A DNA stretch of 43,110 nt from an uncultured Candidatus Saccharibacteria bacterium (GCA_964638985.1 CAZXCD010000002.1:379-43488); one strand, 5' to 3'; positions 1 through 8,134 are shown, counted from the stretch's first letter. Notes: generated by a model from the sequence alone, not told the origin. Translations and numbers: made by a program.

Positions 1-234
1 CTGAAGGAGGAGAATCAGCGGGATCAGCTGGAGCTGGGTCTACGGGGGCCGGTTCAACAGGGGCAGGTTCACCACCTCCCCCCGCCTCGGCGGGCGAGCC
101 TTCGGGTACTCCTCCTTCTGAAGGAGGAGAATCAGCGGGATCAGCTGGAGCTGGGTCTACGGGGGCCGGTTCTACGGGTGCTGGATTTGAACCACCACCA
201 CCCCCGCTTCCTGCGGGTACTCCTCCTACACTAG
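1..234. repeat. 117-nt (39-codon) tandem duplication inside the 3' part of the surface-protein CDS
   Basis: Positions 1-55 and 118-172 are identical (ctgaaggaggagaatcagcgggatcagctggagctgggtctacgggggccggttc). The second halves have diverged. The array may continue past the window edge. Confidence 0.8.
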
Positions 235-2746
235 GAGGAGAGGCGAGCAATGCATCAAGTTGAGATTTTGTGATACAGGTCTTCGCTCCTGTGTCATCCG
301 AGACGCACAAGGACTTCGTTTCTATTTCTCCGACGAAAATTTTAGCGATACCGTTCGTGGCATCCGCGAGCCAGGTGGTGAGCTTGGAGAGAAGGCGGGA
401 GAAGAAAGAACCACCTCCCTCGCTTTCTGCGAGTACTCCTCCTTCCAAAGGAGGAGAGGAAACATCAAGCGATAATACATCTTCCAAGTTCAAATTCATT
501 TCCTTTATGGCATTGATGGTTGCGGCGAGGATGGTCGTGGTGTTGACCTGTCTGTATCCCGAAGGATTTATATTGACCGCCTCCGGGATGGCTGACTCAA
601 TATTCTGAGCGATGAAGCCGGAATAATTTATTCCTCCGTCATAAAGTCCGGAATTTTCTCTCCAAGAATATGTTTCTGGATTGATTTGCATAATGCTTGC
701 CAAGCCTGCGGTAAATTCTCCGTGGAGATCTTTTAATCTTTCATCAGAGGTACAGCTCATGGTACCGCTTCCGTTGGTCTGAATGCCTCCGCAAGAAACC
801 AAGCTCACAGCGCTGACCACTCCAGCATTGGTGACGTTGAATTGTGTCACCCCTCCCACCTGTGCGTCAATTAAGTACTGTGCTCCCGAACCCACAGATG
901 TTTCTGTCCTGTTTATTAGAAGGTCGGTATTGGCGGCAGTAGAAGCAACTTGGTTGTAAATTGGAGCGATTTTTAACGCGCCATTTGTTCCAGATACTTG
1001 AGAATGTGTACCACCTCCAAGAGTTACCGCAAACCTACTGGCTGTTGAATAACTGTAACTATTTAGAGTGAATGTGGTATTCGTGTTGTAAGGACCTATC
1101 GAGTCAGTGTTTATTAACCCTGTAGCCCATAAGTTTCCAGTATTTATTAATCCTGGTGTTGTTATATTTCCCGCCTTACTTACCTTAAACAAATTCGTCG
1201 TCCCAGCTGCTCCGCCTAAAATCTGCATAGCCAAAGAAGCAGAATTGGAAGCAGTATCAGTAATAACAAACTTCAATCCCGTAGGTGCTCCTGTCGTATT
1301 CCAAGTCTGAGCAAGATTAAGAAGAGAGCCAGCGAGAGAACCAGAACCTGCAAGGTAAGTATCATTCATCACGAGAGAACCCGTGGTAGTTTCTATCGCT
1401 CTATAATCTGCCGCAGCGGTAAGATTTGAGCTTATGTAAAGCCCACGAGTTATTCCATTAGCTCCACCAGTTTGATTAATTGTTCCACCTATATTCAAAT
1501 TTGTGTAAGTTCCCGTTCCACTTGTAGGAGCAAAGGTTCGTGCAAAAATAGTGTTGGTATAATTACCTGTAGTGTTAGTTAAATTATCTCCAGAGAATCC
1601 TACTCCTATATCTCCAGCTGTTATAGAATAGCTAAAAAATCCAAGCCCTTTACCTGTTGGGTCAGGACCAGTATATGCTGCAGCAAGAAATGGAAATATC
1701 ACTGGAGCTTGTGTAGTATTAGTTCCAAATCTCAAAGCATATTTTGTTCTGATTCCTCCATCTGTCCAACTCGTCCCAGTAACTACATCGAGAGGGTAGG
1801 AGGGTGCCGCCGTCCCTATCCCGACGAGACCTGTCCCTAAAATTGTCATCGCTTCGGTAGCTCCATTGTTGCCTACTAGGAAGTGCATATCAGCACCGGT
1901 TGCTCCGATACCTGTGGTTGTTTTGAAAGTTAAATCTTGGGTTGTTGAAGAGCCTCCGATTAATAGAGGGCTGGTTAAAGAGTGTGTGCCTAAGTCTAGG
2001 TCTGTGGTAGCTCCTGTGTATGGGATGTAACCCGAAGCAGAAGCGTAATAGCTTCCGTCTTGTCCGTCTAAAAGATCTGCATTTAAATTTGAAACGAGCC
2101 CAGTGTTTGAAGTGGTCAAAGTGTTTGCTCCGAGGACGAGATTTCCACCCATGGTGAATCCAGCAACTGTCCCAGTGAATGTCGGACTAGTGAACATTGT
2201 AGCCTTGCTTTCGTTTGTGACATTGCCTAGACTCACATCACTAGCAGTGACGGTAACATCGGAAGATAAAGCATGGCCGTTTACCATTCTGGTATCTGGA
2301 ACAGCAGTAAATCCTAAAGCATTTTGTTTATTATTAAAAATATCCCAATCCGTATCTGAAAGTGCACCTGTGGTGGAGGTGGAAGACAAATCCAAACTCA
2401 ATACTTGAGTCGCAAGAGAGAGGCCGTTGGCCGATACGCCCAAAGAGATGGGGTCGTGACTGCCTGCAACGAGCCCTTCTATTTTGTCATAGAGAGCATT
2501 TTTGGATGGAGCATGTGTGGTATCTGTATCCCAGCCTGCCCCATAAACTGTGTCACTTATATTTAAAGAGGTAAGGGGAGCGCGGACATCACAGTCCACG
2601 TCAGTCGGCAGACATTCTGGATTTAAGGTGTCTCCCGGCTCGTAAAAAGTGCCATTCCAGACGGCAAAAACAGTCGGAGCAAAGAAGGAAAGTACCACAA
2701 TGACCGCGAATATTATTATTGTTTTTTTATTTAATAAAAAAGGCAT
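1..2746 (-). CDS. Large secreted tail-fibre-like surface protein with a Peptidase_S74-type intramolecular chaperone domain; the 3' end runs off the window
   Basis: Absent from the ORF track because it has no stop codon inside the window. My reverse translation from the ATG at 2746-2744 stays open to position 1 (915 codons plus 1 nt). The N-terminus MPFLLNKKTIIIFAVIVVLSFFAPTVFA looks like a signal peptide. The body is G/T/N/S-rich and fibre-like. SDERLKDLHGEF...YSGFIAQNIESAIPEAV...IKEMNLNL (about 748-497) matches the S-D-x-R-x-K autoproteolytic chaperone motif of tail fibres and endosialidases. Confidence 0.75.
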   Translation of the reverse strand, partial: MPFLLNKKTIIIFAVIVVLSFFAPTVFAVWNGTFYEPGDTLNPECLPTDVDCDVRAPLTSLNISDTVYGAGWDTDTTHAPSKNALYDKIEGLVAGSHDPISLGVSANGLSLATQVLSLDLSSTSTTGALSDTDWDIFNNKQNALGFTAVPDTRMVNGHALSSDVTVTASDVSLGNVTNESKATMFTSPTFTGTVAGFTMGGNLVLGANTLTTSNTGLVSNLNADLLDGQDGSYYASASGYIPYTGATTDLDLGTHSLTSPLLIGGSSTTQDLTFKTTTGIGATGADMHFLVGNNGATEAMTILGTGLVGIGTAAPSYPLDVVTGTSWTDGGIRTKYALRFGTNTTQAPVIFPFLAAAYTGPDPTGKGLGFFSYSITAGDIGVGFSGDNLTNTTGNYTNTIFARTFAPTSGTGTYTNLNIGGTINQTGGANGITRGLYISSNLTAAADYRAIETTTGSLVMNDTYLAGSGSLAGSLLNLAQTWNTTGAPTGLKFVITDTASNSASLAMQILGGAAGTTNLFKVSKAGNITTPGLINTGNLWATGLINTDSIGPYNTNTTFTLNSYSYSTASRFAVTLGGGTHSQVSGTNGALKIAPIYNQVASTAANTDLLINRTETSVGSGAQYLIDAQVGGVTQFNVTNAGVVSAVSLVSCGGIQTNGSGTMSCTSDERLKDLHGEFTAGLASIMQINPETYSWRENSGLYDGGINYSGFIAQNIESAIPEAVNINPSGYRQVNTTTILAATINAIKEMNLNLEDVLSLDVSSPPLEGGVLAESEGGGSFFSRLLSKLTTWLADATNGIAKIFVGEIETKSLCVSDDTGAKTCITKSQLDALLASPPSVGGVPAGSGGGGGSNPAPVEPAPVDPAPADPADSPPSEGGVPEGSPAEAGGGGEPAPVEPAPVDPAPADPADSPPS
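71..129 (+). repeat. GC-rich composite palindromic element (CPE) copy, inside a CDS and antisense to it
   Basis: caccacctcccc, then mini-hairpin cccgcc-tc-ggcggg, then gtactcctcctt-ctg-aaggaggag. On the CDS strand it reads SPPSEGGVPEGSPAEAGGGGE. Confidence 0.7.
190..238 (+). repeat. CPE copy inside a CDS
   Basis: caccaccaccccc, then cccgc-ttcct-gcggg, then gtactcctcct-acact-aggaggag. It encodes SPPSVGGVPAGSGGGGGS. Confidence 0.7.
411..458 (+). repeat. CPE copy inside a CDS
   Basis: ccacctccc, then tcgc-tttc-tgcga, then gtactcctcctt-ccaa-aggaggag. It encodes SPPLEGGVLAESEGGG. Confidence 0.65.
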
Positions 2747-2816
2747 ATTCTCATAGAGATACCATATATATTATACAACAAAAGTATGAGCTAATGTATG
2801 CAAAATGGGGATAAGT

Positions 2817-2861
2817 CTACCCCCTCCGTCATTCTGACACCTCCCCCTACGTAGGGGGAGG
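2817..2861 (+). repeat. CPE copy, intergenic
   Basis: ctaccccctcc... followed by a perfect hairpin cctcccccta-cg-tagggggagg (2840-2861). Confidence 0.6.
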
Positions 2862-2877
2862 CTGGGAAGGGGTATTT

Positions 2878-3246
2878 CTATTTCTGAATCTTACTAATTA
2901 GAATCTCCAAGAGTTTTTTCACACTATTTTGGGCTTCTGCTTCCGTCGAGCTACCGGTAAAGTTTTGCCATTCTTCCATCACTTCTTTGTCTTTCAGGTC
3001 GCGTACGGCATTTTCCAAAGAAAGCCGTGTTTCAAAGTCCACTTCCTTGTCCGCTTGCAATACTTTCTTCACGAACATAGAAGCGAAATTGACTACTTTT
3101 GTATTTACCTCCGCTTTATCTCTTATGGAATAGGCTGAGTTTAATTCTCGGTTCAGGAGAAAATAATTAAGCGCGAAAAATACATTGCCGATGATAAGCG
3201 CCCCGATAACTATTATGAGAACAATGCGTTTTTTACTTTCCATCAT
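2878..3246 (-). CDS. Hypothetical small membrane-anchored protein
   Basis: 122-aa ORF with an N-terminal hydrophobic helix (IVLIIVIGALIIGNVFFAL). It overlaps the upstream gene's stop by 14 nt, which suggests an operon. I recognise no motif. Confidence 0.6.
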   Translation of the reverse strand: MMESKKRIVLIIVIGALIIGNVFFALNYFLLNRELNSAYSIRDKAEVNTKVVNFASMFVKKVLQADKEVDFETRLSLENAVRDLKDKEVMEEWQNFTGSSTEAEAQNSVKKLLEILISKIQK

Positions 3247-5275
3247 TTTTATTTAAAAACTTTGATAATTTCTCCCGTAAGGTATTACGATAGAAATTAT
3301 ACATTAATAATAATAAAACAACAATCAAAAGAACTGTTTGAAAATCAATTTTCTCCATCCACTTCGTGCTGGAACCGAGTTCTATGTTCTGGTGGATACC
3401 GCTTCCTTCCGCTACTACGAACACTTTCCCTCTGTAGGTGAGATAGCCCGGCGCCTCTACTTCAAAATAATAAGAACCTTCCGGCACCAGGAATGAATAA
3501 GTACCCCGGACATCCGTCACTTGAGGGTTTTCTTGTTGATAATCTTTCGCAGGCCAGAGTTCGTATTTCTTGGTAGTAGTATTTAAGTAATAAAGGGACA
3601 CGATGGCGGACGGAATGCGAGTTTCTTTGCCGCCATTTTTCTCAAAGACGTATCCCTCCGGGTCAATGACCGTGGTCATCCTCATCTGGCGAGTGCCCAA
3701 TACCGGATCTATGTAGTTGATGACGGTGATGATTTCGTATTCTCCCGGCACGATGGGGGAGACGACGTCCGCGGTGTATATGCCGTCATGGTCCGGGTCA
3801 ATGTATTCAAATGAGGAGAGAACTAATTTGTTTTCTACCTCACCCCCCGCCTTCCCCTGGAAAGGGGAAGGGGCTTGCTCAACAAAATTGTTCATAGAAA
3901 AAAGCGCGGAAGCGGTGAGAGAAGAACGAGGAATGCTGTTTTGAGAAATCTTCGGGGTGGGAGCTTTGAATACGAAATACCCCGTCACGCTACTAGCCTT
4001 GCTGATAGGCTTGACTACTAAGCGTAATGTCTGGCCGGGTAGAGTGGACATCTGCTGGGAGACTTCGCCCCTTTCTCCTACAGACAAAGCGACGTTTAGA
4101 TCAACGAGCTCTTGATTGGCGCGGGCGAAGACGAATTCCGCCGGAAGATTTTTCTTGGCGGAAGGGGAGAACTTCGCGATAGGCAAGCCTTTTATCAAAG
4201 CTATTTTACCCACACCCACGTTGTTCATCATTTGTCCGTCTAAATTGGAAAGCCCCGGAATGTTGATAGATACTCCATTCAACTTATCAATCTCGGACAA
4301 GTTTTCCAGTCCGACGGTGGTAATCGTTTTATCTAAAATGTTTGCCAATCCTGGAATATTCAAAGACACACCAGTCAACTTGCCCAAGTCGCTCAGCCTC
4401 TCTATTCCTACGCTTTTCAAAGTTTTATCCAATTCTGGAAATTTACTTGCGAGGATGCGGATATCATAAGGCAATGGAGCAAAGACGAAAGAACTGATGG
4501 CTTTTGCGGGTAAGATATTCCACAAAGCACTGAGGGCTTTCGGCGCGACTTTTGGAATTTCCGCTAAAGTTTCCGTGGAAGGCTTTTCTCCTCCAAATAA
4601 ATAAGAAAGAAAATCAGAGGCGTAATTGACTACGTTTGAAAGGTTGTCAAAGATGTCAAAGGGAGGAAGCGCAACAAAAGGAGGTGGCGTGAAAGGGGGA
4701 GGAGTAACGGGTGGAGGGTTGCGGGGAGCGGAGCCACTGGAACCGCCGGAACTTCGCATACTAGCCGGTCTCCAATCTGTTTTTATTTTGAAATCGGCCG
4801 AGGCGCAAGAATTTCCTGTCGCGCAATTGAAATTGATTTGACTGCTGTCGGATTTAAGAGTCGCATAACCTAGCAATTCTCCACTTGTGTTTATCGTCAC
4901 TCCTGTAAAATCAATCCAGCCCAGATTGGAACTCCAAGCGTAACCCGAGAGTACGCCCGCGCCGTCGTTTTTGACCCCTGAAGTCGTCGGGGCCAAATTT
5001 ATCCAGCCGAACTGACTACTCCAAGCGTTCCCGGTAATTTCGGTATCGGTAATTTGAACATTGCAATTATCACAGCCAAAATTTATCCAGCCGATGTTTT
5101 CTCCCCAAGCGTATTTGTATGCTCCATCAATGACCCCGTCGGTTTCGGAAGCAAGGGCGGAAGATGCCCTCGGTCGTAGCCCTACGGGTGAGACGAAAAA
5201 AACCAAAGAAAATAGAATTCCCAAAAAAAGCGCTTTTTTCCCTAAAAATGTATCTAACATAAAGATTTTAAGCAT
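3233..5275 (-). CDS. Large secreted repeat protein with a CarboxypepD_reg-like domain and a C-terminal TM anchor
   Basis: 680-aa ORF with a signal-like N-terminus. It has repeated W..N.GWI.F motifs (GWINFG, GWINLA, GWIDFTG) and a Pro-rich linker (PPVTPPPFTPPPF). RGTYSFLVPEGSYYFEVEAPGYLTY resembles a carboxypeptidase-regulatory fold. A hydrophobic helix lies at the C-terminus. Confidence 0.75.
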   Translation of the reverse strand: MLKIFMLDTFLGKKALFLGILFSLVFFVSPVGLRPRASSALASETDGVIDGAYKYAWGENIGWINFGCDNCNVQITDTEITGNAWSSQFGWINLAPTTSGVKNDGAGVLSGYAWSSNLGWIDFTGVTINTSGELLGYATLKSDSSQINFNCATGNSCASADFKIKTDWRPASMRSSGGSSGSAPRNPPPVTPPPFTPPPFVALPPFDIFDNLSNVVNYASDFLSYLFGGEKPSTETLAEIPKVAPKALSALWNILPAKAISSFVFAPLPYDIRILASKFPELDKTLKSVGIERLSDLGKLTGVSLNIPGLANILDKTITTVGLENLSEIDKLNGVSINIPGLSNLDGQMMNNVGVGKIALIKGLPIAKFSPSAKKNLPAEFVFARANQELVDLNVALSVGERGEVSQQMSTLPGQTLRLVVKPISKASSVTGYFVFKAPTPKISQNSIPRSSLTASALFSMNNFVEQAPSPFQGKAGGEVENKLVLSSFEYIDPDHDGIYTADVVSPIVPGEYEIITVINYIDPVLGTRQMRMTTVIDPEGYVFEKNGGKETRIPSAIVSLYYLNTTTKKYELWPAKDYQQENPQVTDVRGTYSFLVPEGSYYFEVEAPGYLTYRGKVFVVAEGSGIHQNIELGSSTKWMEKIDFQTVLLIVVLLLLMYNFYRNTLREKLSKFLNKNDGK
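3841..3871 (+). repeat. CPE copy, in frame inside the 680-aa CDS
   Basis: caccccccg followed by ccttcccct-ggaa-aggggaagg. It encodes ...APSPFQGKAGGEV... on the minus strand. Confidence 0.65.
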
Positions 5276-5336
5276 ATATATTATATCAATAATAGCGTTG
5301 CAATAAAAGAAATTATGTGGATAATTAGCTATGTAT

Positions 5337-5411
5337 GCCGTCGTAGCTTAGTGGTAAAGCACGTCATTGGTAATGACGAGACCACGGGTTCGATCCCCTT
5401 CGACGGCTCCA
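5337..5411 (+). tRNA. tRNA-Thr (anticodon GGT), CCA encoded
   Basis: Hand-folded cloverleaf: acceptor gccgtcg/cgacggc, D arm gctt/aagc, anticodon arm cgtca-ttGGTaa-tgacg, T loop ttcgatc. There is one T-stem mismatch. Confidence 0.85.
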
Positions 5412-5418
5412 AGTATTT

Positions 5419-5470
5419 GCCGAAGTAGCTCAGCTTGCCCCGCCTGAGTTAGGCGGGGTGAAGTAGAGCA
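5419..5470 (+). pseudogene. tRNA 5'-fragment (acceptor plus D arm) with a GC hairpin inserted in the D loop
   Basis: gccgaag-ta-gctcagcttg[ccccgcctgagttaggcggggtgaa]gtagagc followed by an A-run. There is no anticodon arm, T arm or 3' acceptor. Confidence 0.3.
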
Positions 5471-5479
5471 AAAAAATAA

Positions 5480-5553
5480 GCCGATATAGTTCAGTGGCAG
5501 AACACTACTTTCGTAAAGTAGGGACATGGGTTCGATTCCCATTCTCGGCTCCA
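5480..5553 (+). tRNA. tRNA-Thr (anticodon CGT), CCA encoded
   Basis: Acceptor gccgata/tctcggc (one mismatch), D arm gttc/gaac, anticodon arm ctact-ttCGTaa-agtag, T arm atggg-ttcgatt-cccat. Confidence 0.8.
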
Positions 5554-5561
5554 AAAAAATT

Positions 5562-6497
5562 ATGGAAAAAGATACGAACGAAATAGAAAATGAAATAGAA
5601 AAGCTTGAAGAGGAGATGCAGGCCCCTAACTTTTGGAACGATAAAAATAAAGCGCAGAATGTTTTAAAAGAACTAGCAGATTTAAAAAATAAAAAAGAAG
5701 GAACGAATAAATACGACAGGGGTAATGCTATTGTGACAATCATTTCCGGCGCTGGCGGGGAAGATGCGGAAGACTTCGGCGCGATGCTCTTCTCTATGTA
5801 TGTGAAATATGCGGACAAAATGGGCTTCAACGTTTTTTTAATTCACGAAAACAAAAATAACAGCGGGGGATACAGAAATGTTTCTTTTGAGATAACAGAC
5901 CCCACCCTACACCCTCCCCTTCGCAGGGGAGGGCACGGGGAGAGGTTAGGCCCGTATGGCATGCTCAAAAAAGAATCCGGGGTGCACAGGCTCGTGCGCA
6001 TTTCTCCATTTGATGCGAAAAAACTGCGTCACACGTCCTTCGCGCTCGTGGAAGTTTTGCCTAAATTTTCAAAACTAGAAGAAAAAGATTTTGTAATTCC
6101 ACCAGCAGATTTGAAGATAGAATTTTCCCGTTCGGGCGGTCCCGGAGGGCAGAATGTGAATAAAAGAGAAACGGCAGTAAGGATAGTCCACATACCCTCG
6201 GGCATAGCGGTGCATTCTTCCGAAGAACGGTCGCAAGAGAATAATCGCGAACGGGCGATGGCTATTTTGCGAGCAAAAATTTTCAAAAAAGCGGAAGAAG
6301 AGAAGAAAAGTGTGGAAGAAATATTCAAACAAAAGTCTACGGAGATAGAATGGGGAAATCAAATTCGTTCGTACGTGCTCCATCCGTACAAAATGGTAAA
6401 AGATCATAGGACTGATGCCGAGACATCGGATGTGGATGGAGTGCTGGATGGGAATCTAGACTTGTTCATAGAGGCGGAGAAAGATTTATTTACCTAG
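5562..6497 (+). CDS. prfB: Peptide chain release factor 2 (compact form, no programmed frameshift)
   Basis: SPF tripeptide (RISPFD), GGQ motif (SGGPGGQNVNK), GVHRLVR and WGNQIRSYV. I moved the start to ATG 5562, because the track start at 5526 lies inside the tRNA. The ORF is continuous, so no +1 frameshift site is needed. Confidence 0.9.
   Translation: MEKDTNEIENEIEKLEEEMQAPNFWNDKNKAQNVLKELADLKNKKEGTNKYDRGNAIVTIISGAGGEDAEDFGAMLFSMYVKYADKMGFNVFLIHENKNNSGGYRNVSFEITDPTLHPPLRRGGHGERLGPYGMLKKESGVHRLVRISPFDAKKLRHTSFALVEVLPKFSKLEEKDFVIPPADLKIEFSRSGGPGGQNVNKRETAVRIVHIPSGIAVHSSEERSQENNRERAMAILRAKIFKKAEEEKKSVEEIFKQKSTEIEWGNQIRSYVLHPYKMVKDHRTDAETSDVDGVLDGNLDLFIEAEKDLFT
5900..5933 (+). repeat. CPE copy, in frame inside prfB
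   Basis: ccccaccctaca followed by ccctcccct-tcgc-aggggaggg. It encodes DPTLHPPLRRGGHGERL, which has no counterpart in canonical RF2 between the ..EI and GxYGxLK..GVHRLVR segments. Confidence 0.7.
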
Positions 6498-7181
6498 GGT
6501 TCCCCTCGGGGATGGGGGTTCGAGAAATTCGGGAAGTTCTGCGCTAAAATCATCCACAATATTATTATAATTACAGATATTTTTTTCTCTGATAGGGAAT
6601 GGTTTTGCGTTTATTATTTTATAATTTTTAGATAAATATTCTTGCAGGCTGGAGTATGGATATTCAGCAATAAATTTTTTAAGTTGAGTCAAAAAGCTTT
6701 TTGGCTGTGTTTTCCACTTAGATTTTTTTAATTTTGCAGGGTTTAGGTGTATGTATGCGTAAATATATTTAAGGTATACATCTTCATCTATATGTTGCGA
6801 TTTAAAAACCCCTTGAAAAAGAGTTCCAACTCGATCAGTTTTTTTATTAAAGTACATTGAATACCCAGTCTGAAGCTTAAGCATAAATTTTGAAATACCT
6901 CCGTTCACAAGGGGAGTCAGTAGTAGATGAAAATGATTTGGCATTAAGCAATATGCACCAATTGCGACCAATGGTTCACCCCGATCTTTTTGGAATATTT
7001 CTTCTATTGAGTTAATTACTCCATAGTCTCTGAAGTGCAGTGGTTGATTGCTATTTGCGATATAAAGCAACATCAAGAATCTCTTGTAATCGGTAGAGTT
7101 CTGAAAAATAATCCTTTTTTCAACTCCTCGATTATATGCATGATAGAATTCTCCAATTTCAAATTTTATTTTTCTTTCCAT
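6486..7181 (-). CDS. IS200/IS605-like Y1 (HUH) transposase, REP-associated (RayT-type), copy 1
   Basis: HUH motif LMPNHFHLLL and catalytic Tyr motif YAYIHLNPAK. It is flanked by REP1 hairpins on both sides. Confidence 0.85.
   Translation of the reverse strand: MERKIKFEIGEFYHAYNRGVEKRIIFQNSTDYKRFLMLLYIANSNQPLHFRDYGVINSIEEIFQKDRGEPLVAIGAYCLMPNHFHLLLTPLVNGGISKFMLKLQTGYSMYFNKKTDRVGTLFQGVFKSQHIDEDVYLKYIYAYIHLNPAKLKKSKWKTQPKSFLTQLKKFIAEYPYSSLQEYLSKNYKIINAKPFPIREKNICNYNNIVDDFSAELPEFLEPPSPRGTLGK
6494..6511. repeat. REP1 hairpin (ctaggg/ccctag type) at the 3' end of RayT-1
   Basis: ctagggttcccctcgggg. It encodes the C-terminal ...PSPRGTLGK. Confidence 0.7.
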
Positions 7182-7209
7182 ATATTTTAGTAGTATAGCA
7201 CATTCTCTG

Positions 7210-7230
7210 CCTAGGGGAACCCTAGGGGAG
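7210..7230. repeat. REP1 hairpin upstream of RayT-1
   Basis: cctaggggaaccctaggggag, with stem ctaggg / ccctag. Confidence 0.7.
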
Positions 7231-7282
7231 TTGTGTCTTGAAGTTTTTTTTGTGAAGTTATATAATTATTGAGATTAAACCT

Positions 7283-7801
7283 ATGATAAAAATAAATCAA
7301 AAAGGTTTTACCTTAATAGAGCTTTTGGTTGTGGTGGCAATTATCGGACTTTTAGCGTCCATTGTTTTTTCCTCACTCAATTCTGCGCGAAAAAAGGCGC
7401 GTGATGCCAGAACCCTGGAGGACGTGCGTCAGATTACTCTTGCTCTCAACATGGCTCGTGATGCAAGTCCTACTAATAGTTGGCCCGGAATTGCAAACTG
7501 GCAATGTCTTAAGTCAAGCGGAACTTGTTGGAGGGGTAGCTATTCTGGAAACAGTACCATTGGAAATGCCTTGGCTCCATATATGCCGACAATTCCTAAA
7601 ACACAAAATTCTTCCTCTGCAAATTATGCTTATGATTCATATTTGTATTTACCGTATTGGGTGGGCCCAACCGGCGGTCCTGCGGGAGCCTATCTTATCT
7701 ACGCTCTAGAAGGGGGAGCCTTTGCCAATAAATGCAACGGATATTATGCCGGACAGATGGATACGGGTTATTGGTATTGTTATTCTTGGATTGGGAATTA
7801 A
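7283..7801 (+). CDS. Type IV pilin / pseudopilin-like protein (prepilin N-terminal methylation domain)
   Basis: N-terminus KGFTLIELLVVVAIIGLLASIV is the canonical prepilin cleavage/methylation motif. Confidence 0.9.
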   Translation: MIKINQKGFTLIELLVVVAIIGLLASIVFSSLNSARKKARDARTLEDVRQITLALNMARDASPTNSWPGIANWQCLKSSGTCWRGSYSGNSTIGNALAPYMPTIPKTQNSSSANYAYDSYLYLPYWVGPTGGPAGAYLIYALEGGAFANKCNGYYAGQMDTGYWYCYSWIGN

Positions 7802-7854
7802 AAATTTTCAAAAGATATGGATAAATTTATTTTTATGTTATAATTAAGAACGTG

Positions 7855-8132
7855 ATCCCGAACAGAACTTATTATGTTTTATACTTACGTGTTAAAAAGT
7901 AAGAAAAGTGGTAAGTTTTATACAGGGTACACAAATGACTTGCGGAAGCGCTTTAAGGAACACTCCGAGGGTAAGTCTTTATATACAAAAGGACGAGGCC
8001 CCTTTGAAATAGTGTATTATGAAGCGTGTCTAGACGAGGGTGACGCAAGACACCGAGAATTGTATCTAAAATCGGGCAGGGGCAAACTTTATCTCAAGCA
8101 ACGGTTGAAGCGCTTCCTGTTCTGTACGGGAT
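7855..8132 (+). mobile_element. GIY-YIG ORF cassette bounded by 14-bp imperfect terminal inverted repeats
   Basis: Left end is atcccgaacagaac (7855-7868). The reverse complement of the right end (8119-8132) is atcccgtacagaac, a 13/14 match. Confidence 0.5.
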
Positions 8133-8134
8133 AA
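7874..8134 (+). CDS. GIY-YIG nuclease family protein (small, UPF0213-like)
   Basis: FYTYVLKS...GKFYTGYTNDLRKRFKEH carries the GIY...YIG motif pair. A conserved R and an E lie downstream. Confidence 0.9.
   Translation: MFYTYVLKSKKSGKFYTGYTNDLRKRFKEHSEGKSLYTKGRGPFEIVYYEACLDEGDARHRELYLKSGRGKLYLKQRLKRFLFCTG

Noticed and set aside
1-234. A CRISPR-like or other non-coding array at the left edge.
   Set aside because: It is a 117-nt in-frame coding tandem duplication, without a spacer/repeat alternation of CRISPR dimensions. No cas genes are present.
260-2574. Plus-strand ORFs of 67-112 aa from the track (260-475, 270-608, 1107-1310, 2103-2408, 2362-2574).
   Set aside because: All lie antisense within the long minus-strand tail-fibre-like CDS. 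Their low-complexity products contain no motifs.
5562-5700. Programmed +1 frameshift site expected in prfB.
   Set aside because: The reading frame is continuous from ATG 5562. No CTT-TGA-type shift site is needed or seen.
5348-5830. 160-aa minus-strand ORF.
   Set aside because: It overlaps two tRNA genes and the prfB 5' end. It is a hydrophobic, low-complexity artefact.
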